Positions 15,001 through 30,000 of a stretch of 64,000 bases of DNA are shown here, one piece after another. The notes under the pieces were generated by a model. That model was not told where the DNA came from. It did no database searches and worked only from the letters and a program-made list of their open reading frames with translations. The translations under genes were made by a program, and so were the position numbers. Every line of letters starts with the position of its first letter. Positions within the stretch are counted from its first letter, which is position 1. Source of the DNA: Eledone cirrhosa (Eukaryota). The stretch lies in assembly GCA_964016885.1 (NCBI GenBank), contig OZ024740.1:3782001-3846000 (forward strand), given 5' to 3'.

Positions 15001-18000
15001 TTTGGGGTTTAACACTGCTAGAATTAATATATTTGGGGTTTACCACTGCTAGAATTAATATATTTGGGGATTAACACTGCTAGAATTAATATATTTGGGG
15101 ATTAACACTGCTAGAATTAATATATTTGGGGATTAACACTGCTAGAATTAATATATTTAGGGTTTAACACTGCTAGAATTAATATATTTGGAGTTTAACT
15201 CTGCTAGAATTAAAATATTTGGGTTTAACACTGTTAGAATTAATATATTTGGGGATTAACACTGCTAGAATTAATATATTTGGGGTTTAACACTGCTAGA
15301 ATTAATATATTTGGGGATTAACACTGCTAGAATTAATATATTTGGGGTTTAACACAGCTAGAATTAATATATATGGGGATTAACACTGCTAGAATTAATA
15401 TATTTGGGGTTTAACACTGCTAGAATTAATATATTTGGGGATTAACACTGCTAGAATTAATATATTTGGGGTTTAACATTGCTCGAATTAATATATTTCG
15501 GGTTTAACACTGCTAGAATTAATATATTTGGGGATTAACACTGCTAGAATTAATATATTTGGGGATTAACACTGCTAGAATAAATATGTTTGGGGTTTAA
15601 CACTACTAGAATAAATATATTTGGGGATGACACTGCTAGAATTAATATATTTGTGGATTAACACTGCTAGAATTAATATATTTGCGGATTAACACTGCTA
15701 GAATCAATATATTTAGGGTTTATCACTACTAGAATTAATATATTTTGTGTTTAACACTGCTAGAATTAATATATTTGGGGTTAAACACTGCTATAATTAA
15801 AATATTTAGGGTTTAACGCTGCTAGAATTAACATATTTGGGGATTAACACTGTTAGAATTAATATATTTGGGGATTAACACTGCTAGAATTAATATATTT
15901 GGGATTTAACACTGCTAGAATTAATATATTTGGGGATTAACACTGCTAGAATTAACATATTTGGGGATTAACACTGCTAGAATTAATATATTTGGGGATT
16001 AACACTGCTAGAATTAATATATTTGGTGTGTAACACTGCTAGAATTAATATATTTGGAGTTTAACTCTGCTAGAATTAAAATATTTGGGTTTAACACTGT
16101 TAGAATTAATATATTTGGGGATTAACACTGCTAGAATTAATATATTTGTGGTTTAACACTGCTAGAATTAATATATTTGGGGATTAACACTGCTAGAATT
16201 AATATATTTGGGGTTTAACACAGCTAGAATTAATATATATGGGGATTAACACTGCTAGAATTAATATATTTGGGGTTTAACACTGCTAGAATTAATATAT
16301 TTGGGGATTAACACTGCTAGAATTAATATATTTGGGGTTTAACATTGCTCGAATTAATATATTTCGGGTTTAACACTGCTAGAATTAATATATTTGGGGA
16401 TTAACACTGCTAGAATTAATATATTTGGGGATTAACACTGCTAGAATAAATATGTTTGGGGTTTAACACTACTAGAATAAATATATTTGGGGATAACACT
16501 GCTAGAATTAATATATTTGGGGATTAACACTGCTAGAATTAATATATTTGCGGATTAACACTGCTAGAATCAATATATTTAGGGTTTATCACTACTAGAA
16601 TTAATATATTTTGTGTTTAACACTGCTAGAATTAATATATTTGGGGTTTAACACTGCTATAATTAAAATATTTAGGGTTTAACGCTGCTAGAATTAACAT
16701 ATTTGGGGATTAACACTGTTATAATTAATATATTTTTGGGATTAACACTGCTAGAATTAATATATTTGAGGATTAACACTGCTAGAATTAATATATTTGG
16801 GGTTTAACACTGTTAGAATTAACATATTTGGGGAATAACACTTTTAGAATTAATATATTTGGGGATTAACACTGCTAGAATTAATATATTTGGGGATTAA
16901 TACTGCTAGAATTAATATATTTGGGGATTAACACTGCTAGAATTAATATATTTGGGATTTAACACTGCTAGAATTAATATATTAGGGGATTAACACTGCT
17001 AGAATTAACATATTTGGGGATTAACACTGCTAGAATTAATATATTTGGGGATTAACACTGCTAGAATTAATATATATGGTGTGTAACACTGGTAGAATTA
17101 ATATATTTTGGGTTTAACACTGCTAGAATTAATATATTTGGGGATTAACACTGCTAGAATTAATATATTTGGGGATTAACCCTGCTAGAATTAATATGTT
17201 TGGGGTTTAACACTACTAGAATTAATATATTTGGGGATAACACTGCTAGAATTAATATATTTGGGCATTAACACTGCTAGAATTAATATATTTGGGGTTT
17301 AACACTGCTAGAATTAATATATTTAAGGATTAACAGTGCTATAATAAAAATATTTAGGGTTTAACACTGCTAGAATCAATATATTTAGGGTTTATCACTA
17401 CTAGAATTAATATATTTGGGGATTAACACTGCTAGAATTAATATATCTGGGGTTTAGCACTGCTATAATTAAAATATTTAGGGTTTAACACTGCTAGAAC
17501 TGATATATTTGGGGTTGAACACTGCTAGAATTAACATATCTGGGGATTAACACTTTTAGAATTAATATATTTGGGGATTAACACTGCTAGAATTAATATA
17601 TTTGGGGATTAATACTGCTAGAATTAATATATTTGGGGATTAACACTGCTAGAATTAATATATTTGGTGTGTAACACTGCTAGAATTAATATATTTGCGG
17701 ATTAACACTGCTAGAATTAACATATTTGGGGATTAACACTGCTAGAATTAATATATTTGGGGATTAACACTGCTAGAATTAATATATTTGGTGTGTAACA
17801 TTGCTAGAATTAATATATTTGCGGATTAACACTGCTAGAATTAATATATTTAGGGTTTAACATTGCTAGAATTAATATATTTGGGGTTTAACACTGCTAG
17901 AATTAACATATTTGGGGTTTAACACTGCTAGAATTAATATATTAGGGCATTAACACTGCTAGAATTAATATAGTTAGGGATTAACACTTCTAGAATTATT

Positions 18001-21000
18001 ATATTTGGAGTTTAACACTGCTAGAATTAATATATTTGGGGATTAACACTGCTAGAATTAATATATTTGGGGATTAACACTGCTAGAATTAATATATTTG
18101 GGGATTAACATTACTAGAACTAATATATTTGGGGATAACACTGCTAGAATTAATATATTTCGGCATTAAACACTCCTAGAATTAATATATTTGGGGATCA
18201 ACACTGCTAGAATTAATATATCTGGGGACTAACACTGCTAGAATTAATATATTTAGGGTTTATCACTGCTAGAATTAATATATTTGAGGATTAACACAGC
18301 TAGAATTAATGTATTTGGGGTTAACACTGCTAGAATTAATATATTTGGGGATTAACACTGCTAGAATTAATATATTTGGGGATTAACACTGCTAGAATTA
18401 ATATATTTGGGGATTAACACTCCTGGAATTAATATATTTGGGGATTAACACTGCTATAATTAACATATTTGGGGATTAACACTGCTAGAATTAATATATT
18501 TGGGGATTAACACTGCTAGTATTAATATATTTAGGATTTAACACTGCTAGAATTAATATATTTGGGGATTAACACTGCTAGAATTAATGTATTTGGGGTT
18601 AACACTGCTAGAATTAATATATTTGGGGATTAACACTGCTAGAATTAATATATTTGGGGATTAACACTGCTAGAATTAATATATTTGGGGATTAACACTG
18701 CTGGAATTAATATATTTGGGGATTAACACTGCTAGAATTAACATATTTGGGGATTAACACTGCTAGAATTAATATATTTGGGGATTAACACTGCTAGTAT
18801 TAATATATTTAGGGTTTAACACTGCTAGAATTAATATATTTGGGGATTAACACTGCTAGAATTAATGTATTTGGGGTTTAACACTGCTAGAATTAATATA
18901 TATGGGGATTAACACTGCTAGAATTAATATATTTGGGGATTAACACTGCTAGAATTAATATATTTCGGGATTAACACTGCTAGAATTAATATATTTAGGG
19001 TTTAACACTGCTAGAATTAATATATTTGGAGTTAGTTTAACTCTGCTAGAATTAATATATTTGGGTTTAACACTGTTAGAATTAATATATTTGGGGATTA
19101 ACACTGCTAGAATTAATATATTTGTGGTTTAACACTGCTAGAATTAATATATTTGGGGTTTAACACAGCTAGAATTAATATATATATGGGGATTAACACT
19201 GCTAGAATTAATATATTTGGGGTTTAACACTGCTAGAATTAATATAGTTGGTGATTAACACTGCTAGAATTAATATATTTGGGGATTAACACTGCTAGAA
19301 TAAATATGTTTGGGGTTTAACACTAGTAGAATAAATATATTTGGGGATAACACTGCTAGAATTAATATATTTGAGCATTAACACTGCTAGAATTAATATA
19401 TTTGGGGATTAACACTGCTAGAATTAATATATTTCGGCATTAACACTGCTAGAATCAATATATTTAGGGTTTATCACTACTAGAATTAATATATTTTGTG
19501 TTTAACACTGCTAGAATTAATATATTTGGGGTTTAACACTGCTAGAATTAACATATTTGGGGTTTAACACTGCTATAATTAAAATATTTAGGGTTTAACG
19601 CTGCTAGAATTAACATATTTGGGGATTAACACTGTTAGAATTAATATATTTTTGGGATTAACACTGCTAGAATTAATATATTTGAGGATTAACACTGCTA
19701 GAATTAATATATTTGGGGATTAACACTGCTAGAATTAATATATTTGGGGTTTAACACTGCTAGAATTAACATATTTGGGGATTAACACTTTTAGAATTAA
19801 TATATTTGGGGATTAACACTGCTAGAATTAATATATTTGTGGATTAATACTGCTAGAATTAATATATTTGGGGATTAACACTGCTAGAATTAATATATTT
19901 GGCATTTAACACTGCTAGAATTAATATATTTGGGGATTAACACTGCTAGAATTAACATATTTGGGGATTAACACTGCTAGTATTAATATATTTGGGGATT
20001 AACACTGCTAGAATTAATATATTTGGTGTGTAACACTGGTAGAATTAATATATTTGGGGATTGACACTGCTAGAATTAACATATTTGGGGTTTAACACTG
20101 CTAGAATTAATATATTTGGGGATTAACACTGCTAGAATTAATACATTTTGGGGATTAACACTGCTAGAATTAATATGTTTGGGGTTTAACACTACTAGAA
20201 TTAATATATTTGGGGATAACACTGCTAGAATTAATATATTTGGGCATTAACACTGCTAGAATTAATATATTTGGGGATTAACCCTGCTAGAATTAATATA
20301 TTTGCGGATTAACAGTGCTATAATAAAAATATTTAGGGTTTAACACTGCTAGAATCAATATATTTAGGGTTTATCACTACTAGAATTAATATATTTTGGG
20401 TTTAACACTGCTAGAATTAATATATCTGGGGTTTAACACTGCTATAATTAAAATATTTAGGGTTTAACACTGCTAGAATTAACATATTTGGGGATTAACA
20501 CTGTTAGAATTAATATATTTGGGGATTAACACTGCTAGAATTAATATATTTGAGGATTAACACTGCTAGAATTGATATATTTGGGGTGGAACACTGCTAA
20601 AGTTAATATATTTGGGGTTTAACACTGCTAGAATTAACATATTTGGGGATTAATACTGTGTAGAATTAATATATTTGGGGATAAACACTGCTAGAGTTAA
20701 TATATTTGGGGTTTAACACTGCTAGAATTAACATATCTGGGGATTAACACTTTTAGAATTAATATATTTGGGGATTAACACTGCTAGAATTAATATATTT
20801 GGGGACTAATACTGCTAGAATTAATATATTTGGGGATTAACACTGCTAGAATTAATATATTTGGGATTTAACACTGCTAGAATTAATATATTTGGGGATT
20901 AACACTGCTAGAATTAACATATTTGGGGATTAACACTGCTAGAATTAATATATTTGGGGATTAACACTGCTAGAATTAATATATTTGGTGTGTAACACTG

Positions 21001-24000
21001 ATGGAATTAATATATTTGGGGATTAACACTGCTAGAATTAATATATTTGGGGTTTAACATTGCTAGAATTAATATATTTGGGGTTTAACACTGCTAGAAT
21101 TAATATATTTGGGGTTTAACACTGCTAGAATTAATATATTAGGGCATTAACACTGCTAGAATTAATATATTTAGGGATTAACACTTCTAGAATTAATATA
21201 TTTGGAGTTTAACACTGCTAGAATTAATATATTTGGGGATTAACACTGCTAGAATTAACATATTTGGGGATTAACACTGCTAGAATTAATATATTTGGGG
21301 ATTAACACTGCTAGAATTAATATATTTGGTGTGTAACACTGCTAGAATTAATATATTTGCGGATTAACACTGCTAGAATTAACATATTTGGGGATTAACA
21401 CTGCTAGAATTAATATATTTGGGGACTAACACTGCTAGAATTAATATATTTAGGGTTTATCACTGCTAGAATTAATATATTTGAGGATTAACACAGCTAG
21501 AATTAATATATTTGGGGTTAACACTGCTAGAATTAATATATTTGGGGATTAACACTGCTAGAATTAATATATTTGGGGATTAACACTGCTAGAATTAATA
21601 TATTTGGGGATTAACACTGCCGGAATTAATATATTTGGGGATTAACACTGCTATAATTAACATATTTGGGGATTAACACTGCTAGAATTAATATATTTGG
21701 GAATTAACACTGCTAGTATTAATATATTTAGGGTTTAACACTGCTAGAATTAATATATTTGGGGATTAACACTGCTATAATTAATGTATTTGGGGTTTAA
21801 CACTGCTATAATTAAAATATTTAGGGTTTAACACTGCTAGAATTAATATATTTGGGGTTTAACACTGCTAGAATTAATATATTTGGGGATTAACACTGCT
21901 AGAATAAATATATTTGTGGTTTAACACTGCTAGAATTCATATATTTGGGGTTTAACACTGCTAGAATTCATATATTTGGGGATTAACACTGCTAGTATTA
22001 ATATATTTGTGGATTAACACTGCTAGAATTAATATATTTGGGGATTAACACAGCTAGAAGTAATATATTTGTGGTTTAACACTGCTAGAATTAATATATT
22101 TGGGGATTAACACTGCTGGAATTAACATATTTGGGGATTAACACTGCTAGATTTAACATATTTGGGGATTAACACTGCTAGAATTAATATATTTGGGGAT
22201 TAACACTGCTAGTATTAATATATTTAGGGTTTAACACTGCTAGAATTAATATATTTGGGGATTAACACTGCTAGAATTAATATATTTAGGGTTTATCACT
22301 GCTAGAATTAATATATTTTGGGTTAACACTGCTAGAATTAATATATTTGGGGATTAACACTGCTAGAATTAATATATTTGGGGATTAACACTGCTGGAAT
22401 TAATATATTTGGGGATTAACACTGCTAGAATTAATATATTTGGGGTTTAACACTGCTAGAATTAATATATTTGGGGATTAACACTGCTAGAATTAATATA
22501 ATTGTGGTTTAACACTGCTAGAATTCATATATTTGGTGTTTAACACTGCTAGAATTCATATATTTGGGGATTAACACTGCTAGAATTAATATATTTGTGG
22601 ATTAACACTGCTAGAATAAATATATTTGGGGATTAACACTGCTAGAATTAATATATTTGTGGTTTAACACTGCTAGAATTAATATATTTGGGGTTTAACA
22701 CAGCTAGAAATAATATATATGGGGATTAACGCTGCTAGAATTAATATATTTGGGGTTTAACACTGCTAGAATTAATATATTTGGGGTTTACCACTGCTAG
22801 AATTAATATATTTGGGGATTAACACTGCTAGAATTAATATATTTGGGGATTAACACTGCTAGAATTAATATATTTGGGGATTAACACTGCTAGAATTAAT
22901 ATATTTAGGGTTTAACACTGCTAGAATTAATATATTTGGAGTTTAACTCTGCTAGAATTAAAATATTTGGGTTTAACACTGTTAGAATTAATATATTTGG
23001 GGATTAACACTGCTAGAATTAATATATTTGGGGTTTAACACTGCTAGAATTAATATATTTGGGGATTAACACTGCTAGAATTAATATATTTGGGGTTTAA
23101 CACAGCTAGAATTAATATATATGGGGATTAACACTGCTAGAATTAATATATTTGGGGTTTAACACTGCTAGAATTAATATATTTGGGGATTAACACTGCT
23201 AGAATTAATATATTTGGGGTTTAACATTGCTCGAATTAATATATTTCGGGTTTAACACTGCTAGAATTAATATATTTGGGGATTAACACTGCTAGAATTA
23301 ATATATTTGGGGATTAACACTGCTAGAATAAATATGTTTGGGGTTTAACACTACTAGAATAAATATATTTGGGGATGACACTGCTAGAATTAATATATTT
23401 GTGGATTAACACTGCTAGAATTAATATATTTGCGGATTAACACTGCTAGAATCAATATATTTAGGGTTTATCACTACTAGAATTAATATATTTTGTGTTT
23501 AACACTGCTAGAATTAATATATTTGGGGTTAAACACTGCTATAATTAAAATATTTAGGGTTTAACGCTGCTAGAATTAACATATTTGGGGATTAACACTG
23601 TTAGAATTAATATATTTGGGGATTAACACTGCTAGAATTAATATATTTGAGGATTAACACTGCTAGAATTAATATATTTGGGGATTAACACTGCTAGAAT
23701 TAATATATTTGGGGTTTAACACTGCTAGAATTAATATATTTGGGGATTAACACTGCTATAATTAAAATATTTAGGGTTTAACACTGCTAGAATTGATATA
23801 TTTGGGGTGGAACACTGCTAAAGTTAATATATTTGGGGTTTAACACTGCTAGAATTAATATATTTGGGGATTAACACTGCTAGAATTAATATATTTGGTG
23901 TGTAACACTGATGGAATTAATATATTTGGGGATTAACACTGCTAGAATTAATATATTTGGGGTTTAACATTGCTAGAATTAATATATTTGGGGTTTAACA

Positions 24001-27000
24001 CTGCTAGAATTAATATATTTGGGGTTTAACACTGCTAGAATTAATATATTAGGGCATTAACACTGCTAGAATTAATATATTTAGGGATTAACACTTCTAG
24101 AATTAATATATTTGGAGTTTAACACTGCTAGAATTAATATATTTGGGGATTAACACTGCTAGAATTAACATATTTGGGGATTAACACTGCTAGAATTAAT
24201 ATATTTGGGGATTAACACTGCTAGAATTAATATATTTGGTGTGTAACACTGCTAGAATTAATATATTTGCGGATTAACACTGCTAGAATTAACATATTTG
24301 GGGATTAACACTGCTAGAATTAATATATTTGGGGACTAACACTGCTAGAATTAATATATTTAGGGTTTATCACTGCTAGAATTAATATATTTGAGGATTA
24401 ACACAGCTAGAATTAATATATTTGGGGTTAACACTGCTAGAATTAATATATTTGGGGATTAACACTGCTAGAATTAATATATTTGGGGATTAACACTGCT
24501 AGAATTAATATATTTGGGGATTAACACTGCCGGAATTAATATATTTGGGGATTAACACTGCTATAATTAACATATTTGGGGATTAACACTGCTAGAATTA
24601 ATATATTTGGGAATTAACACTGCTAGTATTAATATATTTAGGGTTTAACACTGCTAGAATTAATATATTTGGGGATTAACACTGCTAGAATTAATGTATT
24701 TGGGGTTTAACACTGCTATAATTAAAATATTTAGGGTTTAACACTGCTAGAATTAATATATTTGGGGTTTAACACTGCTAGAATTAATATATTTGGGGAT
24801 TAACACTGCTAGAATAAATATATTTGTGGTTTAACACTGCTAGAATTCATATATTTGGGGTTTAACACTGCTAGAATTCATATATTTGGGGATTAACACT
24901 GCTAGTATTAATATATTTGTGGATTAACACTGCTAGAATTAATATATTTGGGGATTAACACAGCTAGAAGTAATATATTTGTGGTTTAACACTGCTAGAA
25001 TTAATATATTTGGGGATTAACACTGCTGGAATTAACATATTTGGGGATTAACACTGCTAGATTTAACATATTTGGGGATTAACACTGCTAGAATTAATAT
25101 ATTTGGGGATTAACACTGCTAGTATTAATATATTTAGGGTTTAACACTGCTAGAATTAATATATTTGGGGATTAACACTGCTAGAATTAATATATTTAGG
25201 GTTTATCACTGCTAGAATTAATATATTTTGGGTTAACACTGCTAGAATTAATATATTTGGGGATTAACACTGCTAGAATTAATATATTTGGGGATTAACA
25301 CTGCTGGAATTAATATATTTGGGGATTAACACTGCTAGAATTAATATATTTGGGGTTTAACACTGCTAGAATTAATATATTTGGGGATTAACACTGCTAG
25401 AATTAATATAATTGTGGTTTAACACTGCTAGAATTCATATATTTGGTGTTTAACACTGCTAGAATTCATATATTTGGGGATTAACACTGCTAGAATTAAT
25501 ATATTTGTGGATTAACACTGCTAGAATAAATATATTTGGGGATTAACACTGCTAGAATTAATATATTTGTGGTTTAACACTGCTAGAATTAATATATTTG
25601 GGGTTTAACACAGCTAGAAATAATATATATGGGGATTAACGCTGCTAGAATTAATATATTTGGGGTTTAACACTGCTAGAATTAATATATTTGGGGTTTA
25701 CCACTGCTAGAATTAATATATTTGGGGATTAACACTGCTAGAATTAATATATTTGGGGATTAACACTGCTAGAATTAATATATTTGGGGATTAACACTGC
25801 TAGAATTAATATATTTAGGGTTTAACACTGCTAGAATTAATATATTTGGAGTTTAACTCTGCTAGAATTAAAATATTTGGGTTTAACACTGTTAGAATTA
25901 ATATATTTGGGGATTAACACTGCTAGAATTAATATATTTGGGGTTTAACACTGCTAGAATTAATATATTTGGGGATTAACACTGCTAGAATTAATATATT
26001 TGGGGTTTAACACAGCTAGAATTAATATATATGGGGATTAACACTGCTAGAATTAATATATTTGGGGTTTAACACTGCTAGAATTAATATATTTGGGGAT
26101 TAACACTGCTAGAATTAATATATTTGGGGTTTAACATTGCTCGAATTAATATATTTCGGGTTTAACACTGCTAGAATTAATATATTTGGGGATTAACACT
26201 GCTAGAATTAATATATTTGGGGATTAACACTGCTAGAATAAATATGTTTGGGGTTTAACACTACTAGAATAAATATATTTGGGGATGACACTGCTAGAAT
26301 TAATATATTTGTGGATTAACACTGCTAGAATTAATATATTTGCGGATTAACACTGCTAGAATCAATATATTTAGGGTTTATCACTACTAGAATTAATATA
26401 TTTTGTGTTTAACACTGCTAGAATTAATATATTTGGGGTTAAACACTGCTATAATTAAAATATTTAGGGTTTAACGCTGCTAGAATTAACATATTTGGGG
26501 ATTAACACTGTTAGAATTAATATATTTTTGGGATTAACACTGCTAGAATTAATATATTTGAGGATTAACACTGCTAGAATTAATATATTTGGGGTTTAAC
26601 ACTGTTAGAATTAACATATTTGGGGAATAACACTTTTAGAATTAATATATTTGGGGATTAACACTGCTAGAATTAATATATTTGGGGATTAATACTGCTA
26701 GAATTAATATATTTGGGGATTAACACTGCTAGAATTAATATATTTGGGATTTAACACTGCTAGAATTAATATATTTGGGGATTAACACTGCTAGAATTAA
26801 CATATTTGGGGATTAACACTGCTAGAATTAATATATTTGGACATTAACACTGCTAGAATTAATATATATGGTGTGTAACACTGGTAGAATTAATATATTT
26901 TGGGTTTAACACTGCTAGAATTAATATATTTGGGGATTAACACTGCTAGAATTAATATATTTGGGGATTAACCCTGCTAGAATTAATATGTTTGGGGTTT

Positions 27001-30000
27001 AACACTACTAGAATTAATATATTTGGGGATAACACTGCTAGAATTAATATATTTGGGCATTAACACTGCTAGAATTAATATATTTGGGGTTTAACACTGC
27101 TAGAATTAATATATTTAAGGATTAACAGTGCTATAATAAAAATATTTAGGGTTTAACACTGCTAGAATCAATATATTTAGGGTTTATCACTACTAGAATT
27201 AATATATTTTGGGTTTAACACTGCTAGAATTAATATATCTGGGGTTTAGCACTGCTATAATTAAAATATTTAGGGTTTAACACTGCTAGAATTGATATAT
27301 TTGGGGTTGAACACTGCTAGAATTAACATATCTGGGGATTAACACTTTTAGAATTAATATATTTGGGGATTAACACTGCTAGAATTAATATATTTGGGGA
27401 TTAATACTGCTAGAATTAATATATTTGGGGATTAACACTGCTAGAATTAATATATTTGGGATTTAACACTGCTAGAATTAATATATTTGGGGATTAACAC
27501 TGCTAGAATTAACATATTTGGGGATTAACACTGCTAGAATTAATATATTTGGGGATTAACACTGCTAGAATTAATATATTTGGTGTGTAACACTGCTAGA
27601 ATTAATATATTTGCGGATTAACACTGCTAGAATTAACATATTTGGGGATTAACACTGCTAGAATTAATATATTTGGGGATTAACACTGCTAGAATTAATA
27701 TATTTGGTGTGTAACATTGCTAGAATTAATATATTTGGGGTTTACCACTGCTAGAATTAATATATTTGGGGATTAACACTGCTAGAATTAATATATTTGG
27801 GGATTAACACTGCTAGAATTAATATATTTGGGGATTAACACTGCTAGAATTAATATATTTAGGGTTTAACACTGCTAGAATTAATATATTTGGAGTTTAA
27901 CTCTGCTAGAATTAAAATATTTGGGTTTAACACTGTTAGAATTAATATATTTGGGGATTAACACTGCTAGAATTAATATATTTGTGGTTTAACACTGCTA
28001 GAATTAATATATTTGGGGATTAACACTGCTAGAATTAATATATTTGGGGTTTAACACAGCTAGAATTAATATATATGGGGATTAACACTGCTAGAATTAA
28101 TATATTTGGGGTTTAACACTGCTAGAACTAATATATTTGGGGATTAACACTGCTAGAATTAATATATTTGGGGTTTAACATTGCTCGAATTAATATATTT
28201 CGGGTTTAACACTGCTAGAATTAATATATTTGGGGATTAACACTGCTAGAATTAATATATTTGGGGATTAACACTGCTAGAATAAATATGTTTGGGGTTT
28301 AACACTACTAGAATAAATATATTTGGGGATAACACTGCTAGAATTAATATATTTGGGGATTAACACTGCTAGAATTAATATATTTGCGGATTAACACTGC
28401 TAGAATTAATATATTTGGGGATTAATACTGCTAGAATTAATATATTTGGGGATTAACACTGCTAGAATTAATATATTTGGGATTTAACACTGCTAGAATT
28501 AATATATTTGGGGATTAACACTGCTAGAATTAATGTTTTTGGGGTTAACACTGCTAGAATTAATATATTTGGGGTTTAACACTGCTATAATTAAAATATT
28601 TAGGGTTTAACGCTGCGAGAATTAACATATTTGGGGATTAACACTGTTATAATTAATATATTTTTGGGATTAACACTGCTAGAATTAATATATTTGAGGA
28701 TTAACACTGCTAGAATTAATATATTTGGGGTTTAACACTGTTAGAATTAACATATTTGGGGAATAACACTTTTAGAATTAATATATTTGGGGATTAACAC
28801 TGCTAGAATTAATATATTTGGGGATTAATACTGCTAGAATTAATATATTTGGGGATTAACACTGCTAGAATTAATATATTTGGGATTTAACACTGCTAGA
28901 ATTAATATATTTGGGGATTAACACTGCTAGAATTAACATATTTGGGGATTAACACTGCTAGAATTAATATATTTGGGGATTAACACTGCTAGAATTAATA
29001 TATATGGTGTGTAACACTGGTAGAATTAATATATTTTGGGTTTAACACTGCTAGAATTAATATATTTGGGGATTAACACTGCTAGAATTAATATATTTGG
29101 GGATTAACCCTGCTAGAATTAATATGTTTGGGGTTTAACACTACTAGAATTAATATATTTGGGGATAACACTGCTAGAATTAATATATTTGGGCATTAAC
29201 ACTGCTAGAATTAATATATTTGGGGTTTAACACTGCTAGAATTAATATATTTAAGGATTAACAGTGCTATAATAAAAATATTTAGGGTTTAACACTGCTA
29301 TAATTAAAATATTTATGCTTTAACACTGCTAGAATTGATATATTTGGGGTTGAACACTGCTAGAATTAACATATCTGGGGATTAACACTTTTAGAATTAA
29401 TATATTTGGGGATTAACACTGCTAGAATTAATATATTTGGGGATTAATACTGCTAGAATTAATATATTTGGGGATTAACACTGCTAGAATTAATATATTT
29501 GGGATTTAACACTGCGAGAATTAATATATTTGGGGATTAACACTGCTAGAATTAACATATTTGGGGATTAACACTGCTAGAATTAATATATTTGGGGATT
29601 AACACTGCTAGAATTAATATATTTGGTGTGTAACACTGCTAGAATTAATATATTTGCGGATTAACACTGCTAGAATTAACATATTTGGGGATTAACACTG
29701 CTAGAATTAATATATTTGGGGATTAACACTGCTAGAATTAATATATTTGGTGTGTAACATTGCTAGAATTAATATATTTGCGGATTAACACTGCTAGAAT
29801 TAATATATTTGGGGTTTAACATTGCTAGAATTAATATATTTGGGGTTTAACACTGCTAGAATTAACATATTTGGGGTTTAACACTGCTAGAATTAATATA
29901 TTAGGGCATTAACACTGCTAGAATTAATATAGTTAGGGATTAACACTTCTAGAATTATTATATTTGGAGTTTAACACTGCTAGAATTAATATATTTGGGG